A stretch of 64,000 nucleotides of DNA from Anthoceros angustus (lineage: Eukaryota > Plantae > Anthocerotophyta), in the NCBI GenBank assembly GCA_010909165.1, contig VJWM01000196.1:124001-188000 (forward strand), given 5' to 3'. Of the stretch, positions 36,835 to 49,400 are shown one piece after another. The notes beneath the pieces are model-generated. The model did not search any database, was not told the origin of the DNA, and saw only the letters and a program-made list of their open reading frames with translations. The first letter of the stretch is position 1. Every line of letters begins with the position of its first letter. Both the position numbers and the translations under genes were made by a program.

Positions 36835-39800
36835 TTATGTTAAGTGCCAAGGGAAAGTGGGACCTGCACGCTTGTCCCAGCCATACCTATAAGGCTGTGA
36901 TGTATTCATCCCCTTGAAGCCACTGAAGTCGTCAACCATGCTTGGTGGAACCCTGGATGTGGAGCATTCGAACCAATTTACGTTAAATACGTAAGCCTTC
37001 ATATCGCCGACATCGAACTCAACGTTCAGTATGTTGCCGATTTGATTGAAGAATTGTCTTTGGCCGTCATCCATTTCGAACCTTCCGCTCACCCAACAAT
37101 CTTATGTCGCACGCCGTACCTCATCACCAGATATTGTCCGGTAGTGGAACCCTCTAGTATACAAATGTGGTGACCACATGGGTACTCAGACCCCTCGGAA
37201 AGGAGTGTTTTTTTTGTTTTGTGTTTAAGTTGTGAGAATCGTGTGGAGTTGGAATGTGAAGTAGGTTAGGAAATAAGAAAAGTCTACTAGAGCCTAGTAG
37301 GAGGAAGAGAGTCTAGTCCCGATCCCGGATGTAACCTTGGAGGGTTGGGCTTTCGGCCGGTTGCTAGCAGTTGCTAGGGCCGTTGCTAAGGACTGTTGCT
37401 ATGACAACAACCGACTGGGAACTGTTGCTATGGTAGCAACCAAGTCGGAGTTATTTTCCGATAAATTCGGAAACCTATTTGGGCGAAATCACGGAAATAC
37501 CCGAACGGAAGTAACAGGGGAACATGGAGGTACTTGATCCATGCCTTGGCAGACCTGGATCCTACCTATGGGTTGGACTCTTATGGAGGAGACTTTCACC
37601 GACCCATCCGATTCAAGAGCTCACCGAGGAGGAGTACCAGGCTATGCTGCGAGCACAAGAGAGGGAGGAGTCCAGCTCTGAGGAGGTGGAGATTTTGTGG
37701 GAGAGTTTGCCCAACCAGCCAAGAGGGAGGAGAACAAGAGGAAAGCATGGGGATAGGAGGCCTAGGAGAGATAATAGGGGTAAGTGACCCTGAAATAGCT
37801 GTAGACCCATGTGCTATAGATAGACTGTAAATCTTACCTTCTCTCTTAGTGGACAGAATTAAGAGATAGGCCTCTAGGACTGGTAGGCTAAGACTGATTG
37901 GTATTTTTGGCAAGCCAAGCTACTTTGTGGGTGATCTTGGGTATAAGAGGCAGCCCTCTTGATGAAATGTAAGCAATGTTGGTTTAAGGTCTTGGTGTTT
38001 GGGGCTGAGCACGGGGTTTGGGGGTACCAGATCCAGTGCTGTAAGTCTAGACACTGTTTCTTTGTCACAGGAGAAGCCAAGAAGACCACCAAGTTGCCTA
38101 GATCTGTGTGGCCAGATCCGCAAGGGTGGTGGAAAGCAAGGGGAGGGAGCCTTGAGGTCTCCTTGGAGGGAGTTTCCAAGGTCAAGAGGAAGGGGGTTGT
38201 GAAGCCGGGGAGGCTGTCCAGACTCTTCCTCATTCCCTTCAGCTAGTCTAGTACTCACCTTGTGTTTTGAGTTTTCAGGTGTGTTGGAGGTCGGGTGTTT
38301 CGGGGAGAAGAGAGGGCGGGGAGCCCGTGTGTGAGGAGAAGACAAGGCGGGGAGCCTGTGTGTGTGGAGGAGAAGCTGAAGGGAAAGCTGAAGTGAGTTG
38401 GAGGCCTGTGGGCTTGTGTGTTTGGAAAATGAGAGGGAAAAGTGAACTGTGAGAGAAGTGGAGAATGCTGGACATGGAGAGTTGCTGATTGGCTGTTTGA
38501 GAGGAGTAAGAAGGACTGGAGAAGTCTGTAAGTGATGTTTGTGTTGCTGAAGAAGAGAGCTGTGAGTGGAGGTTGAAGATCCCGTGAGTGGATGAGACGG
38601 AATGATTGCGGGGGGTAGCTGAACAAGTATTTTGAGAGTGCTGTAAGGGCCTGGATGAGAACCTTGTAAGGACTGGAGAGGTGCTGTGAGCTGTGAAAGT
38701 GGAGATTGAATGGGGCAGTGAGGTGTGAGAACAAGGAGAGTTGAAGAGAGTTGCTGGGGAAACTTGGAGAGTGTGGGGAGGACTGCGAGAGGCACCTCAA
38801 GGGGCTGTGAGAGCCTGGAGAGGTCTGTATGGAGCTTGGAAGGTGAGCTGAAAGGCGGAGGAGAGACAAGGAAGTCAAGAAGTCTTGCAAGAGAAAGGGG
38901 TAGTTTGTGTGAGCCGCAACCCTTTATCGTGAGTTGTCCTAGGTTTAGGTTTAGAGATTAGGGTTAGGGCCGGCTGCTTAGGTTGTCCATAAATAGTGTG
39001 TGGAAAAGGTGACACGTGGCTAACTCGATTGGTGGATCTAACTTTGTGGATAGATAAGAGAGGGTGTCAACCTTATCCACTTGGATCCCCAAGTGGGTCC
39101 CACCTTCTATTAATAGCCGACTGATCCCAAGGTGGACCCCACTGCTAAAATAGAGGGTGGTTGCTAAGATAGCAAAGATTCTCGTTGCTAAGGTATAGGT
39201 GCGTGGCTAAGATAGCCACAGTGTCCGAGTGTTGTTAGGATAGTAGCACAGTGCATGCGCTAGATGTTTGGTGTGTCTGTGTTTGGTTGGATTGGCTATG
39301 TTTTGGTTGTCTTGACACGAAATCACTCCCTTGGGTACGAATCTCAAGTCTACAACGATAAAGAGGGTAAATGTGGCCTCTTTATGACCACTTGGTTTAG
39401 AAAATCACTCCACAACAAACCGCGGTACGTGTTTAGGGTCAATTTCGGGCCGCTTATGATGGAACAGATGTCAACGTAATCCAATAAATCAGCCCATCAA
39501 CCTTGATGCACGCCTGCTCGTAGCCACTCCACAACCTCGCATGCCCTCATTGGGTACTCGGCCCGAACCGGGCTCATTACATTAGCGTTGTCAAGAAAAT
39601 GCCAATGCAACCGGAGTTGCTCATCTCTCCCAAAAGTCTTCGATGTTGCTTTCCCTATAGGCTCCTCGGCGCTCCTATCCCTCTTATCATACTTAAACAT
39701 GGGGGCATGCTTAGGGGCTTTGTTGCTGAGGTAATCTGCCGTGACAAATATACTCTCCGTCGCGAGACACCCCGTTGCCATGTTGTCCTCCGGCCAAGCT

Positions 39801-40320
39801 TTTTGACGTACAGCCTGTTTTAGGACGTGCATATGGCACTCCATAGGGTACATCCACCATATGTGGACGGTTCTTTATGTTTGGACCTCATCAACCAAAT
39901 GCATAATGAGATGATGCATAATGTATTCCATATGCATGACGGATATACCCTTTCAAGGGAAATCATGATATCCACAATCAGGGCTTGCTTATCATGTATG
40001 TCCACCATGGCGATGGCTTTTTGGCAGATCCAGCGGTCTAGCTCACTAAGTGCAACAAATGCCTTGTACTATGGGGCGTCTAAGTGGCCACGAAGGGCTA
40101 GTGGTAAAAAGTATTGCATCAAAAGATGCCAATTTTGAGACCTGTTACTTTTGGCCCACTGAAGCATGTCTGGATAATAGACCCCAAGCCTGTTGGGGGC
40201 TTGATGCTGCATATCTCTCCCTTCACCGCGTCCAATTCGTGGCAGGACAACACATAAGAAGCATCGGGAAGATGTAGCTCCCCATTCTCCCACAATTCGT
40301 AAAGTCGCGGCCTCATCTGG
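36835..40320 (-). mobile_element. CACTA/En-Spm transposase relic (DUF4218 + DUF4216 region), split by a solo LTR
   Basis: HLPDASYVL...KPPTG...GLK/SQNWHLLMQYFLPLALRG...HLVDEV...WMYPMECHMHVLKQAVRQKAWPE (39500-40320). After the LTR: YRGLYTRGFHYRT...FFNQIGNILNVEF...FNVNWF...VDDFSGF (36835-37165). Confidence 0.9.
37166..39414. mobile_element. Solo LTR, 2249 bp, with 5-bp TSD ACAAA
   Basis: TGTGG...CCACA termini, with ACAAA at 37161-37165 and 39415-39419. Removing the insert plus one TSD restores the transposase frame (TLNTYRGLYTRGFHYRT). No gag/pol is seen inside. Confidence 0.88.
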
Positions 40321-40859
40321 AGCCTCTACGCGCTTGGTTGATTTTCGGGGAGGTGGAGGCGGATTTCTAGAGAGAGAATTGACCTTTTGGTCATTATTTT
40401 ACTCAATATAGTAAAATTTATTACAATCGAGTAGAAAATAGGCCAGGTGGAGTAAAAATGATCCACCATCAATGTTGAAAGCAGGGCAATAGGGTAGAAA
40501 AAAATGACCACCAAGTGAATACCAGGTACATCTAGTAGAAGCTCATTCTAGAAATCCCACCAAAATCGCTAATCTGGCAAAAACATTTTCTGTTAAGTAA
40601 TATTCATGCGGATCCAGGATATACAAAAAACCAACAAAGAAACATATTCTTTGCAGAGTTTCCTGTATATCCAGAATGGCATGAAATACAAATTCAAGTG
40701 ATGTAGAGTAAATACCAAAATAGATTGAACTCTGCTTCTGCCACACAAAAACCTACAAACAAAACGTAAATTAGCACCCAAACGCAAATTAGGCTGATAA
40801 CTAGGGAACACTGGAAAAATTCAGTAATAACCACAGATACTTAAGTAATGATACTCACC

Positions 40860-43800
40860 TTATTTTGGGAAATTGACTGTACAATTGTACAAATTGAAAA
40901 TATAGTTGGCCAGAAAGTAATGAAGCTGAGGACTTCGAAGAAATTGTCCATCTTCCTGTAAGGTCACAACCTAATAGAACACAATCATTAGTTTTCAATA
41001 TGCTAAAACTGCTTTAAAAGAGCATAACAACACTTACTGATGCTGACGGATTTTCCCGGATGGCAGTGGGCATATCTCGAGGCACATTATCATTCTTCCG
41101 CTCCTGTTGTCTTTCCCACTGCAATCTTCGAATCTCTTGCTGCTCTTTCTGCTGCTGCTTGAGTTTCTCTTGATGTTTCAAGTGCTCTTGTCTCCTCTCC
41201 ACATTTTTTCGCCTCTGAAACTCAAGAGCTTTCTCTCTTTGCTTGGACACTCGTAGTTCAACAGCTTTGCGCCTCTGCCTCTCAATCAGTGCCTCCAAAT
41301 CCTTTTGCCATTGAAACTCCATTTCCTGTTTCTGTTTATCATACTCCAACTCCCGTTCTCGAGAGATCTCAGCAAGCCGCTGCTCAAAACTGCTTGGATT
41401 TCCATTCGCAGTCCCATGCTGCAATACCATATCCAAAGGTGCCAATACTCCCACATTTCTGTCCTGTTGAACTTCAGATGTCTGATCACAATCACTTGGC
41501 ACGATGCCCTGCAACTGAGGGGCCACTGAATCCACAACCATCAAAGCTTCATCAATGTTGAAATGTGGAACAGTAAGGCTGCTCACACTGGTGGATGGAT
41601 TTGAAATCTGCCTAGAAGCACACAATCAGAAAACCCCAAATGAAATGGGAACAACAAACAAATAGCCAAACACTGAACCTTGTCAACATATTGAATTCAG
41701 GCTGACTCGAAAATACTACTTCTGGAGTAACATTCAGGACAGTTGACTGAAGAACACCTCTCAGATCATCCTGCATCCGATTAAGTTCTTCGTTCAGCAG
41801 CTCCTTGTAGGATCTTCGTTCACCAGGAACAAGAACTCTTGCTGCAGCTGCCTGTTTTGCTTGACCAGAACGGTCATATTTGCGAATCATCATAATATCA
41901 GCAAAGAACATACAAAAGACTTCAAAATGCCACAAAGCTGCCACCACAAATTACCTTGAAAATCCGGCATCTATTTTATGGCCAGTCACACTTCTCCCAG
42001 CATCAGAAGGCACCTAAGCCATCGTCAAACGTGTAATCATTGTTACACGACAACTCTTGTTGGTGTAATAGCCATCAAGCCCAGCTGCTTCAGCCATGGT
42101 CCTCATGAATCTTGAGAGCATTCCTTTCGAAACACGAAGTTTTGCATACCACACCTAGCAAAGAGAACTAACAGTTAGTACATTCAAAACCATAATAACT
42201 CAAGCCCAATTAACCAGAAGCTTACATTTGATCTTGGGTTATCAATAGTTGAGTTGAAGAGGAACCCCTGAATTGACAAATTCTTGTTGTTTGCAGTCCA
42301 CTTAGGAGAGTGATCAATAACAGCTTTAAAAGTTTCAATTACATCCCTCTCATAGTTCTTGACCTTTGCCCGGAAGTGCTCACTTTGATAATTCTTCATG
42401 TCAACTCTGTAATTCTCAGAAAGCCGTTCTTCATATCTGCAAATGAAGACAAGTTAACACGATACATCAAATCATCACAGAAAAACGATGAAACGAAACA
42501 ACAAAACATACTGTACAAACGGTGCGCCTGAATCTGATGAAAATGAGAAGTCCCTGATGAGAAGGTTATGTAACTCTTCCCCGCCTCGAACTCCAAACCT
42601 GTTCATGCAAAAATACGCACACCTACAAACCAATTTAGGTATTAGAACTTCAAGGATAACATGATCAGAGCACTTGTATAAAACCAAAAAAGCACATTAG
42701 TACCTTTTTTGAGCCCCACGCCAAAATGAACATTGATGATCTCTGTACGAAAGAATCCGCCGCTCATCATCATCAAAAATCAATTTAACCTCCTTTCGAT
42801 AAGACACAATCCCGAGGTCCTTGCTGATTTTCATGGACGCAACCAACGCTGTTTGGGACCCATGGAATATTCCGTGGAACATGTTGATCATAGGAATATC
42901 AGAGTTAAGCCTGCTCTGGTCCAGAACGCACTTTCTTGTTAAAATTCGGTTAAAACCCTAGAAGAAGGACATCAGCCTGCACAAGGTTAAGACATAATCA
43001 GCAAGTAGTAAAAGTGAAAAGAACTGAAAATCAGACAGCTTACGTTTCTGGAGAAAATCTGGTGTTGTCCTTCAGATTTCGCACTTGATGGAAAAAGGAT
43101 ATCAGAATAAGGTTCAGATCCTTATGCGGGATATCCTCAACAACACTATCCCAACCTCCCACACCACTAACTTTCATAAACGCCTTCAGACAACTTCGGC
43201 ACCAGTTATTTTGCCGTTTAGACTTATCCTCACCACCACTCAAAGCATCATTCACAGCACCCTCGGGGACGGAGAGGTCAAATCCCTGCTCTCTGAAGTT
43301 TGCTTCGTCATCAATTTCTTCCATGCCCATAGTGAAATCATCTTCAGGACCAGCACACTTCAGCCTCTCAAACATATCAAGGACTTCTTGATCAGGTATG
43401 ACACTAGGGTCAGGAACTAGAGCAGGCCTACATAACTGGCCAGACTGCTCTACAATACCACACACATCTTTGGACTGAAGACATGCTCTGGCAGCCTCAC
43501 AACTATGGAATCATCAGTTACTAAATGGTCATTTTCACCAACAAATTGGACCCCTCTCTCAGACACTGGAAGATAGTTAGTGATCTCTGCAAGAGGACCT
43601 TCAACCAATGCCACGGGTCGGGTGTCCACCCTTCTCCTCTTCTGCACAAACTCAGCTGCACGTCGAGCATCCTTTTTGGATGAGAAATGCCTTGGCGCTT
43701 TGGGAATGTCTTTTTTTGGAACTAGATAGGTTCCTTCACTGTGCACAAAGACACCATCAACTTTACCGTCATCCTGCAGTGGGTGGGTTGCAGTATGAAG

Positions 43801-43911
43801 AAACGCTGATTTCACATGCTATCTTGTGTACGGCTTAGCCATAACTTCAGCCAGAGATCCTTGTTTCTTCCCCGGTCCAGCAGGCCCAGTGGGTTTTCTT
43901 TTAGGAGCCAT
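40860..43911 (-). pseudogene. Crypton/DUF3504-type tyrosine recombinase gene, ~8 coding exons, inactivated
   Basis: Spliced translation: MAPKRKP...LILISFFHQVRNLKDNTRFSPETLMSFF*GFNRIL...NRFGVRGGEELHNLLIRDF...YEERLSENY...WYAKLRVSKGMLSRFMRTMAEAAGLDGYYTNKSCRVTMITRL...VTGHK...GFSRYDR...coiled coil...IFNLYNCTVNFPK*. Short GT-AG introns, e.g. 42977-43043 and 42623-42703. Lesions are three TAG stops, one frameshift (~43465) and one AG>AA acceptor. Confidence 0.85.
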
Positions 43912-44406
43912 CTGCAAAAACCACAATAGCGTCAGAGTGATCAAAACAGAGCACCAACATCCTGAAAGAGGACTTGACAAACAGAACGAAAAACACAACT
44001 AGACAAAAGACACTTACATGGTGTACAAAACTTCCAAATAGGAACCTGCTGAAGGGTCTGACAGTTGATTATAACACAATCCAAGACAAGGACAGGGCTG
44101 TGGGGGGTATGGCAGAGAACATTCATTGAATCTATACATTGTTAAATTTTGAGATCCCCTCTGCTTTATGTTAGTGAGAACAGATGCTTCCTTTTCAAAC
44201 AAAACCCACATACTTCCTGAAATAAAAAAATGGCCTTTTTGGCAAGTTAGATATGTAGAGACAACAAAAAAACAAAAATAATGTTAGGCCCAGTGCACAA
44301 ACAGCGCTACAGACAACGCAGACTGGGAGATTCAATCGAAACTTCAAACTCAGGCAAGAAATGGTTATCCTGATTCACAGACAGACCAGAATCAGAATGT
44401 TGACAG

Positions 44407-45300
44407 GCCAATCCTTCACACGATGAACAATGAAGCCGACACACACAAATTAAAGGATTAGATTACTTATAAGCAGGTACTTACACAGACGTTTTCTTGC
44501 CCTGACAGGCAAGGGAACTGAATGACGAAAGGAATCAACAATGCCCTTGACTGTTTAAAGGTCTAAACATACAGTTGACATACCAAACGATGCCGGGTTA
44601 CGCCCCGAACAAATTTCCTTATGACGTCCCGTACAAAGCTTGTCTGCATCAAGGCAAGAGACCTGAGAATAAGAACAAGAAAGAGACAATAGGCACCATG
44701 CAGTCTGACGATACAACGGCTGTAATATCCAAAATCGAGGAAATCAGATGTCGCAGACCAACAACATGTCATAGAGCAGCCTATACGCATGACGTCACGA
44801 CATAGCACCACGTAAACCGTGCAAGAAATGGTTATCCCGATTCACGTGAACAATCGAATGTTGTGAGCCAATCCTTCACACGATGAACAATGAAGCCGAC
44901 ACACACAAATTAAAGGATTAGATTACTTATAAGCAGGTACTTACACAGACGTTTTCTTGCCCTGACAGGCAAGGGAACTGAATGACGAAAGGAATCAACA
45001 ATGCCCTTGACTGTTTAAAGGTCTAAACATACAGTTGACATACCAAACGATGCCGGGTTACGCCCCGAACAAATTTCCTTATGACGTCCCGTACAAAGCT
45101 TGTCTGCATCAAGGCAAGAGACCTGAGAATAAGAACAAGAAAGAGACAATAGGCACCATGCAGTCTGACGATACAACGACAGAATATCCAAAACTGGAGG
45201 AAATCAGCAGATGCTGTCGCAGGCAGCCAACAACATGTCATAGAGCAGCCTATACGCATGACGTCACAGCACATAGCACCACAGAAACCAGGCAAGAAAA
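44407..45300. repeat. 460-bp tandem duplication upstream of the recombinase gene
   Basis: Copies start at 44407 and 44867 and are near-identical for ~310 bp (duplicate ORFs at 44575 and 45035). More diverged copies lie near 45600-45800 and 46300-46520. Confidence 0.92.
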
Positions 45301-46850
45301 ATCCAACTACTGTGCGTGACATGAAACTACTGACAGGCAAGAATATACAACAACAGACTGCTCAATGACGTGTTACTACATACCTGCAGGGCATCTCACG
45401 ACGAACAACCTTGCCTGCAACCTGCATAGATACACACAGTAAGAAAACTACCTTGATGTAAATCAAATGACAACAATTAAACCAGTGAGAGCAACTCAAT
45501 CAAACTATTGAGCATGACATGCATCTACTGACAGCAAGGAAACTGAACGCCAAACAAATAATAACGCAATCAACTATCAAAATGTTTGACAGACAGTTGC
45601 ATACCACACGATACAGGATAACGCCACGACGAATTCCTGTAGGACGTCTAGTACTTAAACCGGCAAGCTTGTCTGCATCCAAAGCAAGAGAGCAGAGAGT
45701 AAGAGAGAATAAGGACTACAGGCCCTATGCAATATGACGAGAAACAACCACAGCAGAAACAACCAAAAAAGAAATCAGCAGACACTGTCACAAAGTGGCC
45801 AAAAACTTGTCACAGAACCTTAAGGGTACTTTCAGAACCAAAACAGAAGACAATGACATCAACCACATACCTTAGAGAAGGACCGACAGCTAGCCAAAAC
45901 CACGACCTGCTTAGACAGAAAACGAAAAAAAGTTATCATAGATGAAATAGCAGTAAAACAAGAAGACTAACATAAAGTACTGTAAGACAAGAAGAGTATT
46001 GTAAGAACTGTACTTGACAAGAAGACTGGACATAAAAGCACAACTTACACCAAGACTGATATGAACAAGAAAACTATAAAAGTAAACGGTTGTCACAGTT
46101 TGCACAGACCGTTGAAGACCAACCCAATCCCGTGTTACGTCCAATAATTCTTGTGGCCAATTATTCCCTGCGTCTCACGCAAGAAAAACAGACAGTAAGA
46201 AACAAATACTGCTCAACATTATGAAGCAAGGACGTGTTACTGAAAACCACATAACTGAGAGCATCTTCCGAGAAACAACAACCTGCGTAAAAGACAGAAT
46301 ATTGAAATACAGTTGAAATACCAAACATTCGGTGACGTCCCGAACTAGGTCCCCTATTACGTCCTCAACTTCAACCGGCAAACTTGACTGCATCAAAAGA
46401 AGCGAGCAGAGAGTAAGAAAACGGAAGATGGAGAAAGGCCCTGTGCTGAGACGGAAACATGCAACCACACAATATCCAAAACGCGAAAGAAATCAACAGA
46501 CGCTGTCACAAGGAGATAATAGCTCATACAAAACCTTCAAGTGCTTTAAACGAACAACAAACACAGATTCAAACAAAGTTGCAAGAACATCACTACACGG
46601 AGTCAGAACAAGGTTACAAGAACCTAACTATCGAAGTCAGACCGCAGGTCACGGCACAGAGCATCAGCACAAAGAAACAGGCGAGACAAACAAAATGATA
46701 ACGGACCACGAAACCAGAGAACATCAAAACGAACAGATATAAGGGACACTTACAACAAACAAACAAATAACAAGCAACCAAGTTTTTTCACAGAAGGGGA
46801 AATAAAGAATCCAAAAATCACAGCATGCAGCTGCCCTTAACAACAACTAA

Positions 46851-48457
46851 AACAGCGTCTGTTTAGAAAGGGGTTTCTCCTGTCAAAAGGGGTTTTGGAA
46901 AAAATCCCAACCCTATTTCGCCCTGAAGTTGGTTTGGTTTTTGTTGGTTTTTGTAGGTGTTCATCCATCGGTTTCGGGCATTCTCGGCTCTGGCACCACT
47001 TCCTGTCGAGTCATTTACACCGACCGCGCTGGCGCCTTATACTCAGGTTCATGGCGATTTAGTCGGTGTGATGAAGGGCTAGTGACCTCAATGTTCCATA
47101 ATTTCGTCATGTCCGTAGTTTCTGCATTTTGTGTGGTTTTGTATGTTTTGTATACGTAATAAGGCGCATAAACAACGCTATGTGCAAACTTGTGCATGCA
47201 CTGTGCAAAAAGAACGCGAAAATGATCTTCTAATGGGGAAGCATGTCCTTTGAGGTCCGAGGATGTGCCGGAACTCCCAACAAAATAACAAGTAGCGACA
47301 TCATGGAGGTTCACCTAGACCACTCTTATATACCTATCCTATGCCCTAATGTGACGAAGAACACCCTATCCCTTTTATTCTTTACGGTGTTTCCATCTCT
47401 TTCGTGACCTAGTACCGGGTTATCATCAAAACATGCGGGGGCCCATTTGGGTGAACAAGTGCATGCACCAGGGGGGGCACAAGTGCGCGCACTGTGGGCA
47501 GGGGCCTGGCAGCACAAGTGCGCACCCAAGGTCAAGAAGGGCACAGGAGCATGAACCCAAATGGTTCATGCCTCCTAGTGCATTCCCAGACGTTTCATCC
47601 AAAGAAAACAAGAGCAAAAAGTCTAAAAAACCCTAAACGCCCTTAAAAAAAATTAAAAAAAGTCCAGATTTTTGAGGCAAGTGCGCGCACTTGCTCTAAA
47701 AGTTTGATAATTTTTTGAATTTTTTGTATTTATTTTGATATTTTTATTGTTTTAAAGGGTTCCTTTCGACGTTTTCAACCTTTTTTGTGCAACTCCCTAA
47801 TGTGGATATGTTCTTATCTTTACTTAACCCTCATCTTTTTTCTAGTCGTTAAAACTTTGAACTAGTAGTGAGAACCTTTTGCATCTTTTGAATCTTGAGA
47901 CGTTTGGCGCGGGCCCAGCTCTAAGTGCAGACCATGTCACTCTCATTCTCGCTCTAGACGTGGATCAAGAGCATCAGGCCAAAGAAGAAAGATATTATTG
48001 TCCCAATGTCTAAGGAACAAAGTCCAGTAAAATTCTCGGAGCGAGACTATAGTCACAGGATTGACTAGTATGAATGAAAGGTTGGTGCGCAAACAAGTTT
48101 GCGCACGATCTAACAAGCCCTAAAAACTCTAAATGTTTTGTATCGTCCAACACAGCAATGATTGCGGATGTTGGAAGCTGTTAGATGTAAGTGCGCATAA
48201 GTTTGCGCTTGAATTGTGTCCTTTGAAAAAAAAGCGAGCGAGAATGGGACTTTAGGTTTTGCCACGTACTTGCAATCTACAATCTCAAATAATGTGTATC
48301 AAAACAATTATTCAAAAGGTTGCGGGTAACATGTATGCAGAGAAATATCAAAAAGCCTGATTATAGTGCAGATTTTTTGAAGTGCAAAAAGGGGTCCGGC
48401 CAAGTCCGTGTGCAAAAAGGGGTTTCAGGAGAAACCCCTTTCTAAACAGATGCTGTT
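46851..48457. mobile_element. Non-autonomous DNA transposon, 1607 bp, with 32-bp TIRs
   Basis: AACAGCGTCTGTTTAGAAAGGGGTTTCTCCTG (46851-46882) versus CAGGAGAAACCCCTTTCTAAACAGATGCTGTT (48426-48457), one mismatch. CTAA flanks both ends. Subterminal AAAAGGGGT repeats; no transposase. Confidence 0.88.
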
Positions 48458-48974
48458 CTAAGCCTGGCTGCAACCACAGAAGCTTTCAAGCTCTTAGTCG
48501 AAGAGGATCTGAATTCGCGCTTCCGCCAAGTGTTACTGCTGATCGTTTTCAAAAAAACGAAGCAGACACCATCGTTGGGCTGACGTGAACGGCAAACTTA
48601 AGAATCAGCAACGAACGAGCAAACTACAGCAATGAGAATCAACTATGAACGAGCAATGAGAGAGAATATCGGCAAACAAGAAACAAGTAACATCTTAGCA
48701 TGCAAAGAGTCATAGCCCAAGGAACAATAAGCAAGACGCGCACAAGCAAAGAACACCTTCAACAACAAACGACGAAAGATACGAAAAAACAACCCGCGAT
48801 GCAAATAGATACCGGTAAGCGAGCGCCGAAAGCACTACCGCCATAGCGACAGACACAGCACCAAAAGCACACAAAACAACAAGAGCCGATACTACAATGG
48901 AGACAACGAGGCAACAGAGAACAATGCAAAACACAAAAGAGCGACGTGAAAAAGAACCGCGACTTCACATAGGA

Positions 48975-49400
48975 GGAAAAGGCCTTAACCTTTAAGCTAA
49001 CAGAAACCTTGGCCTTCGGTGCCAAAAACCCCTTGGCCTTCGGAACAGAATCTTTGGAATAGAGCAACAAAACGACCTTGGCCTTCGAAACAAACTTGAG
49101 AAAGACCTTGGCCTTCGAACAAAGGCTAGAAAAAGGCCTTAGCCTTCGGAGCAGAGCCTGAAAGAACCTTGGCCTACGAAACTTGAACAAAGGCCTTAGC
49201 CTCCGGAGCAGAGCCTGGAAGCACCTTGGCCTTCGAAAGACAGCATGCAAAAAAGGCCTTAGCCTTCGGAGCAGAGCCTGAAAGAACCATTTGCGAAACT
49301 ACAGACTGGACAAAGGCGCCTAAGCCTTCGGAGCAAAGCCTGGAAGCACCTTGGCCTTCGAAAGACAGCATGCATAAAAGACCTTGGGCTTTGGAGAAGC
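48975..49400. repeat. Degenerate tandem array built on a CCTTRGCCTTCG core
   Basis: More than 10 copies of the core, with a higher-order ~120-bp duplication. Confidence 0.85.

Noticed and set aside
37920-38890. 291-aa and 211-aa Ser/Leu/Pro-rich minus-strand ORFs
   Set aside because: They come from the strongly purine-skewed interior of the solo LTR and look compositional rather than coding.
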